64,000 nucleotides of DNA from Candidatus Latescibacterota bacterium (GTDB lineage: Bacteria; Latescibacterota; UBA2968; UBA8231), in assembly GCA_965221775.1 (NCBI GenBank), contig CBDCSU010000006.1, forward strand, positions 1,312,001-1,376,000. The letters run 5' to 3'. The notes beneath the pieces are model-generated. The model saw nothing but the letters and a program-made list of their open reading frames with translations. It did not search any database and had not been told where the DNA came from. Shown here piece by piece: positions 46,552 to 55,793 of the stretch. Position numbers and translations under genes: made by a program. The stretch's first letter is position 1; each line of letters starts with the position of its first letter.

Positions 46552-49500
46552 TGACCGCATGGCGGAGGGCCGCGGGCTCCCTTTGGGGCCTTCTCCCGCT
46601 CTGGGGCCTGCTCGGGAGCGGCCCCCTCCTCGCGCAGAACGGCTACGACGTGCGCGGCGGCCAGGTCGTCGTCGACCGGGCGCGGCACTGGGAGGCCTGG
46701 ACCATGCCCACCCACCTGGTCCGCCTGGAGCGGGACGGCACGGTGCGCTCCCGGGAGTTCCGCACCGTCTACGAGCTGCTGTCGGACCAGTCCTTCGGCC
46801 GCCCCGTGGTCCTCACCCGCGATGCTCCCCGCATCGCCAACATGGACAGCACCGTCCGGCGGGACTTCCGCGGAGATCCGGTCCGCGATCTGACCGACAA
46901 CCTCGTCTACGACCACGTGGTCCGCCCCGGGGCGAGCCGTGCCGGATCCAACCCGCACCTGATGCACTACCTCGTCGACGGCGATCCGACGACGTTCTGG
47001 GAGCCCGACCTCGACGACCCGCCCGAGGACTGGTGGGTCGAGGTGGGCCTGGGCCGCCCGGTGCCCCTCGAGAGGCTCCGCCTGTCCTTCGCCGAGGAGG
47101 GGCTGGGGGATCCCTTCTACCGGTTCCTCATCCTCCTGGGGCCGGCCCAGGGCTCCTACGTGGACGACATGCCGCGCAACACGGATGTCTTCATCCCCTT
47201 CGACGGGGTGAACACCGACCGGCGCACATTCGTCTTCGACGCCGAACGAGTCAGCGAATACCTGCCCGCTGACCCCTGGACCGACCCCGACCGGCGCCTG
47301 CCCATCCACGACAGCTACAAGGGGTCGAGCACCTACCTGGGGGTCGGCGAGCCCAGTCCGGATTGGGACGGCAAGCTGGTGGAGATGATCCGCATCGTCG
47401 TCACCGACACCCGGGGCGGCCGGGCCGAGGAGATCGGGGAGGATGAATGGCAGGCCCTGCCGGCGGCCGAGCGCGGCGACATCGTCCACTTCCTGAGGGA
47501 TGGAGACTTCGAGGAGCCCGTCTCCGAGGAGACTTGGCTCTCCCTGCCAGAGGACCGCCGGGGAGGACGGGTCCACTACCGCCGCGAGCTGCCGAGGCTG
47601 GCCGAGGTCGAGGGCTGGGGCCAGGGCGACGACCTGGGAATCGAGTTCCTCTCCGGGGGCGGCAGCGTGGTGGAGACCTCCACCTCCGGCCAGCCGGGTT
47701 TCATGTTCGACGGGAGCTACGGGAGCCACAACCATGTGAGCACCTACATCGTTTCCGAGCCCGGCCGGAACACGATCACCATCGACCTCGGCGGCACGGT
47801 GTGGCTGAAGGAGGTCCGCACCGTCGGCTTCAACCCGCCCCGGGGCTACCGCCTGCGCAGCTCCATCGGGGCCCGCGACGCCCAGGGCAACCTCCAGTGG
47901 GACCAGTTCTCCTCCGCCGAGCGGGAGGCCAACCTGCACAATGGCCACTTCCGCCTCCTGGCGGACCTCCTGGAACCCTCGCGCCGCGTGCGCTTCCTCG
48001 AGCTGATCGCCTTCGCCCTTCCCGACGACGCCGGCGAGCTGACCTCGCGCTACTGGCCGCGGATCCGGCTGATATGGCTCTTCGCCGAGGGCCCTGCCGC
48101 GGAGGCGGTCCTCGAGTCCGACCTCATCGAGCTGCCCGGAGAGGTCACCCTCGGGGCGGTCCGCTGGGAGGCCGACGAGCCCCCCGGGGCCGAGGTACAG
48201 ATCCGCACCCGCACCGGCGACCAGCTGCTGGAGCGCATCCGCTACTTCGACACCGACGGCAACGAGAAGACGGCGTCCCAGTACAAGCGGCTCTCCTTCA
48301 CCCGCAAGGGCCCGGTCGACACCTCGTACGTGGCCGGTCCCGGATGGAGTTCCTGGAGCCGCAAGTACGAACGCCCGGGCGATCCGGCCACCTCTCCCGG
48401 GCTGCGCCGGTTCATGAGGATCCAGGCGCGCCTGGTCAATCACGACCGCGCGTCGGTACCCGCCATCCGGCGGATCAGCGTCGATCTGAAGACACCCGTG
48501 GCCCAGCGCCTGGGGGCCGAGGTCTGGCCCGACCTGGCCGCCGCCGGCCGGCCCGACACCTTCGAGGTCTTCCTGCAGCCCGGCTTCCTCGAGGGGGCCT
48601 CCGGCAGCCAGAGCCCCGGCTTCGACGAGCTCCTCCTGCGGGCGGACCCGCCCATCGACCTGCGCCTGATCGACCTGGCGGCCGGCACCGAGGAGGAGCT
48701 CTCCCGAAACGAGCCCGACCTGCTCTTCGACCGACCCCACGCCGACGGCCTCCAGGACGCCGAGGGGCGGCTCCTGCGGGTCCTCGGCCAGAGGGACTCC
48801 CTCTGGCTGCGGCTGCCCGAGCCGGTCCGGAGCGCCCCCGAGGATCTGCTCCCCCGGACCTTCTACCGCCGTCTCGCGCCCGGCGACGAGGTCCCCGCCG
48901 GTCTCGACGGGCACCTGCTGACGCAGAACGGCTACAACGAGCTGCCCGAGGACGAGCAGGGCGCGATCCGCTGGTTCCGGCGCGACGGCGATGAGCTGGA
49001 GGAGGTGGACGCCGCCGCCTGGGAGGAGCTGCCCGAGGAGGAGAGGGGCCCCGTGCGGTTCTACAGAGTCGTCACCAGCCTCGGCGAGCAGACGGTGTAC
49101 ACCGCCCTCGGAGACTCGCTGAGCGATCGCCAGTACGGTCGTCTGAGGGCCGCGGACCGCGGCCGGGTGATCGGTCCCGGGAGGCTGTTGCGGGTGCGCT
49201 TCGCCTCCGCCGTCTACCTGCCCAGCACGCTGCTGGATCTGGCGGTCCGCAACAGCGGCCTGGACACCCCCTGGCAGGGGGCCGCCGGGGAGGACGTCAC
49301 CGGCCTGCGGCCGGCCAACTCCCTGGCCATCCGCGCCGACGAGATCGGCCGCATCGTCGACGATCTCGCCATCGCCCCCAACCCCTTCACGCCCAACGGC
49401 GACGGCATCAACGACGAGGCCGAGATCCGCTTTTCCCTGCTGTCCTTGGCCGCCGCCCGCCCGGTGCAGGTGCGCATTTACTCCCTGGGCGGCCGGCTCG

Positions 49501-49673
49501 TCCGCCGCCTGGAACTCGACCTGCTGGGAGGGCCGCAGACCGTCGTCTGGGACGGCCGCGAGGACGGCGGCGCCCTGGCGCCCCCCGGTCTCTATCTCTG
49601 CCAGGTGGGCGCCCTGGCGGACTCCGAGGCCGGGAGGCGGAAGCGATCCCGCGTGATCGCCCTGGCCTATTGA
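46551..49673 (+). CDS. Secreted discoidin-like / FlgD-Ig C-terminal domain protein (paralog 2, about 1040 aa)
   Basis: ATG overlaps the upstream TGA. Signal peptide; VDGDPTTFWEP, WVEVGLG; RTRTG; WSSWS; AEVWP; PNPFTPNGDGIND...WDGRED.G.LAPPGLY; ends IALAY. Confidence 0.85.
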   Translation: MTAWRRAAGSLWGLLPLWGLLGSGPLLAQNGYDVRGGQVVVDRARHWEAWTMPTHLVRLERDGTVRSREFRTVYELLSDQSFGRPVVLTRDAPRIANMDSTVRRDFRGDPVRDLTDNLVYDHVVRPGASRAGSNPHLMHYLVDGDPTTFWEPDLDDPPEDWWVEVGLGRPVPLERLRLSFAEEGLGDPFYRFLILLGPAQGSYVDDMPRNTDVFIPFDGVNTDRRTFVFDAERVSEYLPADPWTDPDRRLPIHDSYKGSSTYLGVGEPSPDWDGKLVEMIRIVVTDTRGGRAEEIGEDEWQALPAAERGDIVHFLRDGDFEEPVSEETWLSLPEDRRGGRVHYRRELPRLAEVEGWGQGDDLGIEFLSGGGSVVETSTSGQPGFMFDGSYGSHNHVSTYIVSEPGRNTITIDLGGTVWLKEVRTVGFNPPRGYRLRSSIGARDAQGNLQWDQFSSAEREANLHNGHFRLLADLLEPSRRVRFLELIAFALPDDAGELTSRYWPRIRLIWLFAEGPAAEAVLESDLIELPGEVTLGAVRWEADEPPGAEVQIRTRTGDQLLERIRYFDTDGNEKTASQYKRLSFTRKGPVDTSYVAGPGWSSWSRKYERPGDPATSPGLRRFMRIQARLVNHDRASVPAIRRISVDLKTPVAQRLGAEVWPDLAAAGRPDTFEVFLQPGFLEGASGSQSPGFDELLLRADPPIDLRLIDLAAGTEEELSRNEPDLLFDRPHADGLQDAEGRLLRVLGQRDSLWLRLPEPVRSAPEDLLPRTFYRRLAPGDEVPAGLDGHLLTQNGYNELPEDEQGAIRWFRRDGDELEEVDAAAWEELPEEERGPVRFYRVVTSLGEQTVYTALGDSLSDRQYGRLRAADRGRVIGPGRLLRVRFASAVYLPSTLLDLAVRNSGLDTPWQGAAGEDVTGLRPANSLAIRADEIGRIVDDLAIAPNPFTPNGDGINDEAEIRFSLLSLAAARPVQVRIYSLGGRLVRRLELDLLGGPQTVVWDGREDGGALAPPGLYLCQVGALADSEAGRRKRSRVIALAY

Positions 49674-49689
49674 CGAGGGGCCTGTAACC

Positions 49690-51855
49690 ATGATCAACCG
49701 CATCGGATTCGCCGCCGCCGCCCTGCTGCTCTCCCTGGCCGGCACCCTCTGGGCACGGGCGGAGTTCCACCTGGGATCCGGAGCGAACGACTGGCAGCGC
49801 TTCGCCGTCCCCGAGGAGGAGGAACCCGCGGGAGCCTATGTGACGGTGGACTCGGCCGGGAACGTGCTCCAGGAGCACCCGGTGAGGTCCATCGAGGAGG
49901 AAGGGGGCGGGACCTTCCTCCTGGAATACAACTACCGAGGGCCTGATCTGCCCGACATGGAGGGTGGCATGCTCCGGGCGGAATGGATCGATCCCATGGT
50001 GAACCTCGCCCGGGACAGCGTCCTCTTCGCGCGGGGGGGCAACGTCTACCACGGCCACAACACCAGCCGATTCCCCACCGGGGACCTGCTGCTGCCCCTC
50101 GACGGAGACCCCACCACCGCGCGCCTGATCCTGCTCGAGGACAACCCCCTCCTGGCGGTGCCCCTGGTCCGCGGCGGGGTGTACCTGGGGGCCCAGTCCT
50201 CGGCGGTGATCCTCAATCTGGGCAAGCAGACACCCATCAACCGGGTCCGCGTCTACCCGCGGCTGGGCCGCCTCGACGACGCCGCCGCCATCGCCGCCAT
50301 GGCGGAGCCGAAGCCCGACCCCGAGTTGTTCGGGGAGACCAGTTTCGCCGACAACTACCTCGAGTGGTACGAGATCGCGGTGACCGACAACGACGCCCCC
50401 ATCAAGGAGTTTCCCGGCGGCGGCATGGGGGCCCGCCCGGGCCAGGGGCAGTTCAAGCGCTACTCCGAGACCACCGGGTACGTCGACTCGGCCGCCACCG
50501 ACCCGAACTTCGACGCCCTGATCCAGACCCGGGAGAACCTCGAGCCGGTGATCGATCTCCGGTTCCCCGTGCGCCACGAGCGCTTCGTCTCGGTGCGCCC
50601 CTATATCCCGGAGCGGACCTGGGAGATGGCGGAGATCGAGGTCTACGGCGAGGGCTACGTGCGCCGCTCCGTCTACCGCTCGCAGATCCTGGACTTCGGC
50701 CAGCCCGTCTCCTGGAGCAAGATCCGCTGGAGGTCGGAGCGCCCCCCGGGCACCGGGATCGAGGTGCGCACCCGCACCGGGAACACCCCGAGCCCCGACA
50801 TCTTCCTGCGGCGCGGCGTGAGCGGGCGGTACCAGCCCATCGACTGGCTCAGCTTTCAGCAGAAGCTGACCTCGGGAGAGGTCCGGCGCGTCACCGACGT
50901 GGAGAACTGGAGCTTCTGGTCGGCCACCTACGACTTTGCGTCGGGCGAGCGCGGCGACGGTCCCGCCGCCGCCTGGACCGACGGCACGCCGCTGCTCTCT
51001 CCCGGTCCGAGCCGCTATTTCCAGTTCGAGGTCGTGCTGCTGGCCGCCAGCGACCGAACCCCGGTACTCCACGATCTGTCCCTGCTGTTCTCCGAGGCGC
51101 CCGCGGCCTCCCAGGTGATCGCCGAGATCTGGCCCATCGAGGTGGACGGCTTCGAGCCCCATGCTTTCACCTACGTGGTCAAGCCCATCCTCCGCGACGG
51201 CAACCGCGGCTTCGACCGCCTGGAGATTCTCACCGGCGGGCCCGCCGTGGCGGTGACCTCGGTGCGCGTGGGCGGGGAGGAGGTCATGGACCGGTTTCCG
51301 CCCGAGGTCCTGGAGGACCGGATCCTCCTCTCCTTCGACCGGCTGGAGGACCCGGGGCGCGACAGCGAGAAGCGCATCGAGGTGGAGTTCAGGGCCCGCG
51401 TCCTGCGTTTCGGGGCCGAGTTCAGCGGCTGGGTCTACGACAGCCGCGAGCCGGACCTGAAGCAGAGCGTGACCCCCGGCAACGCCACGGTCCGCTTCGT
51501 CGGCGACGGGCTCTCGGTGCGCACCCCCACCGACGGCGGCCTGCTGCAGCGGCTCCACATCCGGCCCGCCGTCTTCACCCCCAACGGGGACGGCATCAAC
51601 GATGAGGCGATCCTCTCCTTCGACCTGCGGGACCTCACCGAGGCCCGCCCCGTGGAGGTCCGGATCCTGACCCTGGACGGCCGCCTGGTGCGGCGGCTGC
51701 AAGCCTCGATGGCCAGCGGCCACTTCGTCCACCGTTGGAACGGCCGCGACGATGCCGGCAGCCCGGCGCCGCCGGGGGTATACCTTGCCCAGGTCCGGCT
51801 GGAGAGCGACGAGGGGCGCAGGACGGCCACCCGCCTCCTCTCCCTGGCCTACTGA
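49690..51855 (+). CDS. Secreted discoidin-like / FlgD-Ig C-terminal domain protein (paralog 3)
   Basis: Signal peptide; LDGDPTT; LNLG..INRVRVYPR; AEIEVYGEG; RTRTG; WSFWS; AEIWP; FTPNGDGIND...WNGRDDAG..PPGVY; ends LSLAY. Confidence 0.85.
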   Translation: MINRIGFAAAALLLSLAGTLWARAEFHLGSGANDWQRFAVPEEEEPAGAYVTVDSAGNVLQEHPVRSIEEEGGGTFLLEYNYRGPDLPDMEGGMLRAEWIDPMVNLARDSVLFARGGNVYHGHNTSRFPTGDLLLPLDGDPTTARLILLEDNPLLAVPLVRGGVYLGAQSSAVILNLGKQTPINRVRVYPRLGRLDDAAAIAAMAEPKPDPELFGETSFADNYLEWYEIAVTDNDAPIKEFPGGGMGARPGQGQFKRYSETTGYVDSAATDPNFDALIQTRENLEPVIDLRFPVRHERFVSVRPYIPERTWEMAEIEVYGEGYVRRSVYRSQILDFGQPVSWSKIRWRSERPPGTGIEVRTRTGNTPSPDIFLRRGVSGRYQPIDWLSFQQKLTSGEVRRVTDVENWSFWSATYDFASGERGDGPAAAWTDGTPLLSPGPSRYFQFEVVLLAASDRTPVLHDLSLLFSEAPAASQVIAEIWPIEVDGFEPHAFTYVVKPILRDGNRGFDRLEILTGGPAVAVTSVRVGGEEVMDRFPPEVLEDRILLSFDRLEDPGRDSEKRIEVEFRARVLRFGAEFSGWVYDSREPDLKQSVTPGNATVRFVGDGLSVRTPTDGGLLQRLHIRPAVFTPNGDGINDEAILSFDLRDLTEARPVEVRILTLDGRLVRRLQASMASGHFVHRWNGRDDAGSPAPPGVYLAQVRLESDEGRRTATRLLSLAY

Positions 51856-51892
51856 GCCCCCCGGGGCCGGCCACGGAAGAGCCACTATTTTC

Positions 51893-51921
51893 TTGTATGG
51901 TGACCCGGGATTGGTTACCTT
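51893..51921 (+). promoter_or_regulatory. Putative sigma70-type promoter for the gene at 52009
   Basis: TTGTAT-17 bp-TACCTT in an AT-richer intergenic patch. Confidence 0.5.
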
Positions 51922-52008
51922 GGATCGCTATCCGGTTCACGAACCTCCGGCGCCGCGGAGCGCCAGCTTCAGATTCCTTCCCCATCTCCCATGCAAGGAG
52001 AGAGAACC

Positions 52009-52935
52009 ATGTTCAGATGCGCGCAGATGATCGTCGTCGGCGTTCTCGCCGTTTCCACGGCGGTCTTCGCCCACATCCCCGAGGATGAGGTTCGGAACAC
52101 GGTGCAGTTCCCGGCCGGCGCCGAGCCCACCATCGACGGTGACTGCTCCGATTGGGACGCGGTCCCCGCCGATCAGTACTGGCTCACCAACGCCGATCTC
52201 TATCCCTTCAACGACTGGCAGCCCGAAGGGACTCAGAAGGGCGACGCCGATCCCAGTTCCTTCGATGCCACCATCCGGGTCGGCTGGAGCGCCAGCACGG
52301 GGCAGATCTACTACTGCAACTCGATCTTCGATGACGTCCATGTCATCGACCGCCCCGATTCCTACGACTGGTACAACGACGACTGCAGCGAGTACTTCTT
52401 CACCACCCGCCACCTCTCCGAGCAGGAAGTGAGAGACCTGGCCGGCGAGAACGTCAACACCTACTGGGGCTTCAACTATGCCCTGCCGCGGCTGCCCGAT
52501 CCCGACGCCTTCTGGATGGTCATCGGCATCTGCATCGGCTGCGACTGGCTCGACAGCGGCGACAACGAGTTCTACACCCTGGTGCACAGCTTTGATGGTG
52601 AGGAGTTCGGCGAGAGCACCTACCATTACGAGCACCGAGTGGCCCCCATCGACTCGTGGGTCGGCGGTCTCGACGCTGAGGACAAGTCTCCAGACATGAT
52701 CACCACCACCACCCTCAGCGAGGGTCAGACGATCCACATCACCTTCTTCAACACCGACGACGACGCCAACCTGCCTGACAACGCCCAGGGAGGCCCCGCG
52801 TGGTCCACCAGGCCAGGCGGCTCGGGAACATGGCTGGGACAGGGCGACTTCTTCCTGGAGCCCGTCAACCCCTCCATCAACTTCCCGACGGCTGTCGAAT
52901 CGAAGAGCTGGGGCAGGATCAAGGCTCAGTTCTGA
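52009..52935 (+). CDS. Secreted CBM9/DOMON-like acidic protein with a C-terminal TAVESKSWGRIKAQF tag
   Basis: AAGGAG RBS; signal peptide AVFA-H; PTIDGDCSDW, VGWS...IY, DD, W.DDCSE, YEHRV; terminal SWGRIK motif. Confidence 0.8.
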   Translation: MFRCAQMIVVGVLAVSTAVFAHIPEDEVRNTVQFPAGAEPTIDGDCSDWDAVPADQYWLTNADLYPFNDWQPEGTQKGDADPSSFDATIRVGWSASTGQIYYCNSIFDDVHVIDRPDSYDWYNDDCSEYFFTTRHLSEQEVRDLAGENVNTYWGFNYALPRLPDPDAFWMVIGICIGCDWLDSGDNEFYTLVHSFDGEEFGESTYHYEHRVAPIDSWVGGLDAEDKSPDMITTTTLSEGQTIHITFFNTDDDANLPDNAQGGPAWSTRPGGSGTWLGQGDFFLEPVNPSINFPTAVESKSWGRIKAQF

Positions 52936-52968
52936 GGCTTCGCAGTTCAGAAGTCTCCCTTTAACTCG

Positions 52969-53007
52969 CGCTGGGCAGGTCTGACGACCTGTCCAGCGTT
53001 TTTTTTT
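52969..53007 (+). terminator. Rho-independent terminator
   Basis: Stem cgctgggcaggtc / loop tgac / gacctgtccagcg, followed by a T9 tract. Confidence 0.92.
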
Positions 53008-53008
53008 C

Positions 53009-53518
53009 TCACAGCCCGAGTCGTTCGAACGTTCGAAGCGGCAGGAACAAGCGTCGGGGCTCCGACGGGAAGGGTGTGAACCCATAGCGTTCGTAGAAGG
53101 CGCTGGCGCGGTCGTGAAGAGCATCGACGACGACGGCATAGACGCCGATCGTGTCGGCCGCTCGGACGATACGATGGATCGCATCGAGCAGGAGGGTTTC
53201 GCCGAGCCCGCGCCCCTGGCTGCGAAGGTCGACCGCCAGCCGACCCACCACCGCCGCCGGCACGGGATAGTGGGGCAGGCGCCTGGCGAGCTCTTCCGGC
53301 AGATCGTCCTTCTCGAAGTTCGCCGCGCTCAGCGTGTAGTAGCCGGCAATCTGTCCGGGAGCCCCGCCCGGGGCGACGAAGACCCGGGCGACACGCCGCC
53401 GGGAATCCTGGGAGGCCTGCCGGCGAATGTAGGTGTCGAGGGACGGTTCCCCACAGGAAAAGGACGCCCGGTCGTGATGCGGACCGAGCGGCTCGACCGT
53501 GAGCGGGTGTTCACCCAC
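53009..53518 (-). CDS. tacT: GNAT-family acetyltransferase toxin (TacT/AtaT type)
   Basis: HDRASFSCGEPSLD.Y, GYYTL, LPHYPVPA..GRLAVD...GRGLGETLLLDA, VVDA, FYERYGF. Confidence 0.92.
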   Translation of the reverse strand: MGEHPLTVEPLGPHHDRASFSCGEPSLDTYIRRQASQDSRRRVARVFVAPGGAPGQIAGYYTLSAANFEKDDLPEELARRLPHYPVPAAVVGRLAVDLRSQGRGLGETLLLDAIHRIVRAADTIGVYAVVVDALHDRASAFYERYGFTPFPSEPRRLFLPLRTFERLGL

Positions 53519-53795
53519 CGATGCGCTGGCGGTAGCGCCGGGCGGCCCTCCTCAGGGCCGCGTTCGGGGCGGGGGGGTTGAGCAGAGCGTCGTGGAAGGC
53601 GTCCCAGTCCGTCTCAGGGAGCACGATCCGCTCGCGCTCCTCGATCACCCGCTCCGCCGCCGCCACGGCGTTGCTCAGCACGAAGCGGCTGACCGTGGTT
53701 TCCTCGTAAGACGCCGCCCGTTCGAGCTTGCGCTTGCTCTTGGGGTCGAGGCGCAAATGCACCCGTTCGTGCTTCGTTTCGGCGATCTTGGCCAT
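53511..53795 (-). CDS. tacA: DUF1778 RHH antitoxin (TacA/AtaR type)
   Basis: ERVHLRL..K..LERAA....VSRFVL..A..AAERVI...I.L...DWDAF..AL.NPPAPN.ALRRA. Overlaps the toxin start. Confidence 0.93.
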   Translation of the reverse strand: MAKIAETKHERVHLRLDPKSKRKLERAASYEETTVSRFVLSNAVAAAERVIEERERIVLPETDWDAFHDALLNPPAPNAALRRAARRYRQRIGG

Positions 53796-53829
53796 CAGGG
53801 GGGTCTCCAGTGTGAGATTCCGATGGAAA

Positions 53830-53850
53830 CATGCGCCAATATGGCGTACA
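53830..53850. promoter_or_regulatory. Palindromic operator upstream of tacAT
   Basis: TGCGCCA-ATA-TGGCGTA inverted repeat about 35 bp upstream of the tacA start. Confidence 0.65.
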
Positions 53851-53864
53851 CTGCAAGAGTGACC

Positions 53865-55793
53865 ATGGAACGCCGGCACTGGATCAGCCTGAGCCTGCTG
53901 GCCCTGGTAGCACTTGCCGTGCGGGTGATCTACCTGCTCCAGGCGGACGACAGTCCCCTGTTCTACCACCCCATCGTCGATGCCCGCACCTATGTGCGCA
54001 CGGCTCTGCACCTGGCCGAGGGGCAGTGGCTGGGTCCGCCCCAGCCGTTCTGGCAGCCGCCCCTGTATCCCTACTTTCTCGCCGGGTCTTTCGCCCTCTT
54101 CGGAGAGAGCTACCACCTGCCCCGGCTCGTGCAGGCCCTCTCCGGGACGGCGGTCTGCCTGCTGGTCTTCCACCTGGGACGCCGCGCCTTCTCTCCCGCC
54201 GCTGGCTGGATCGCCACCGGCGCCGCCGCCCTCTACGGCCCCTTCCTCTACTTCGAGGGCGAGTTGCTGCCCGCCGCCCTGGCCGTCTTCCTCAACGCCC
54301 TGGCACTGGCCGCCCTGCTGTGGGCCGGCGGGGGCCGTTCCACTTGGCGCTGGCTGGCCGCGGGTCTGCTCCTGGGCCTGGCCGCCCTGAACGTGCCCAG
54401 CGTGCTCCTCTTCATACCCCTTGCTCTCGCCTGGGCCCGGCTCCGGGCGCGGGCGTCCCTGCCCGCCCTCGGTGCCCTTGTCCTGGGCGTCATCCTGGCC
54501 GTCTCGCCGGTCACCCTTCGCAACCGCATCGTCGGCGGCGAGTGGGTGCCGATCTCCTACAACGCCGGGATCAACTTCTACATCGGCAACAACCCCGACT
54601 CCGGGCGCACCACGAGAATCCGCCCCGGCCGCGACTGGCAGGAGCTGACGGCCATGCCGGAGCGGGAAGCCGGGATCACCGAAAAGGGAGCCTCCTCGAG
54701 ATACTTCTTCGGGCGCTCGCTGGAGTACCTCGCAGGTGATCCCGGGGGCTATCTGCTCCTGCAGCTGCGCAAGCTCCACCAATTCTGGCGCGGCGACGAG
54801 ATCCCCCGGAACCTGGACCCCTACTTCGCCCGGAGCGGATCCTGGCTGCTGCAGGGACTGCTGTGGATACGGGGGCTGGCCTTCCCCTTCGGCCTGGTGG
54901 GGCCACTCGCCCTGACCGGGCTGGTCCTGTATCTGCGGAGTCCCCCGGCGCGGTCGCCGGCGGGGGACCTGCTGCTGCTCTTCGCCGCGGCCTACATGCT
55001 GGCCGTGGTCCTGTTCTTCGTCACCGGACGCTACCGGCTGCCGATGATCCCCTCACTGCTGCTCTTCGCAGGGTACGGGGTGACGCGGCTGTCCCAGCTG
55101 CGGGGGCGGCGGCTGGCCCTGGGGCTCGCCCTGCCGGCCGTCCTGGGGCTCGCCCTCAACACCGGGGTCCCGGCCATGGAGATGGAGGGAGGCAGCCAGG
55201 AGCACCTCTACCTGGCGTCGGCCTACGCCGAGCAGGGCCTGCAGGCCAACGCGCTCCGCCATTACGACGAGGCCCTGAAGCGCGAGCCGGACCACGAGAT
55301 CGCCCTCCACGACGCCGGCGCCCTGCTCGCCCGGCGCGGCGACGTCCGCCGGGCGGCGGAGACCTGGGAGCGCCTGCTGCATCACTACCCCGACCGCTCC
55401 GACGTCCGCTTCCGGTTGGCCGCCATGAGCCAGGACACGGGCGATCATGCCGCGGCGATCCCGCATCTGGAGCGGCTGGCCGCCGATGAGCCGGGGCGCG
55501 CCGTCTTCCACGCGCGGCTGGCCTGGTCCCGCCGCGAGGTCGGCGATCTGGAGGGGGCCGCCCGCGCCTACCGCCGCGCCCTGGAGCTGGATCCCGCGGC
55601 GCTGTCCCTGCACCGGCAACTGGCGCGGCTGGAGATCCGCCGCGGCAACGCGGACGCGGCCATGCCCCACGTGCGGGCCCTGGAACGCCACGCCGGCGAG
55701 GACCCCGCCGCCCGGCGGGAGGTGGAGGAACTCCACCGGCTTCTGGCCACGGCGGCCGGACCGCCGGCGGCCTCCGGGACGGGGCGTCCGTGA
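53865..55793 (+). CDS. GT-C (PMT/GT39-like) glycosyltransferase with C-terminal TPRs
   Basis: PIVDARTY, PFWQPPLYPYFLA, RLVQAL, YGPFLYFEGELL, PVTLRN, SYNAGINFYIGNNP, EIPRNLDPYF, FFVTGRYRLP, followed by TPRs. Confidence 0.88.
   Translation: MERRHWISLSLLALVALAVRVIYLLQADDSPLFYHPIVDARTYVRTALHLAEGQWLGPPQPFWQPPLYPYFLAGSFALFGESYHLPRLVQALSGTAVCLLVFHLGRRAFSPAAGWIATGAAALYGPFLYFEGELLPAALAVFLNALALAALLWAGGGRSTWRWLAAGLLLGLAALNVPSVLLFIPLALAWARLRARASLPALGALVLGVILAVSPVTLRNRIVGGEWVPISYNAGINFYIGNNPDSGRTTRIRPGRDWQELTAMPEREAGITEKGASSRYFFGRSLEYLAGDPGGYLLLQLRKLHQFWRGDEIPRNLDPYFARSGSWLLQGLLWIRGLAFPFGLVGPLALTGLVLYLRSPPARSPAGDLLLLFAAAYMLAVVLFFVTGRYRLPMIPSLLLFAGYGVTRLSQLRGRRLALGLALPAVLGLALNTGVPAMEMEGGSQEHLYLASAYAEQGLQANALRHYDEALKREPDHEIALHDAGALLARRGDVRRAAETWERLLHHYPDRSDVRFRLAAMSQDTGDHAAAIPHLERLAADEPGRAVFHARLAWSRREVGDLEGAARAYRRALELDPAALSLHRQLARLEIRRGNADAAMPHVRALERHAGEDPAARREVEELHRLLATAAGPPAASGTGRP

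Noticed and set aside
41715-51855. Flagellar hook-cap (flgD) or gliding-motility genes
   Set aside because: Only the C-terminal Ig-like domain resembles these. The proteins have Sec signal peptides and no flagellar or gld/spr genes are present.
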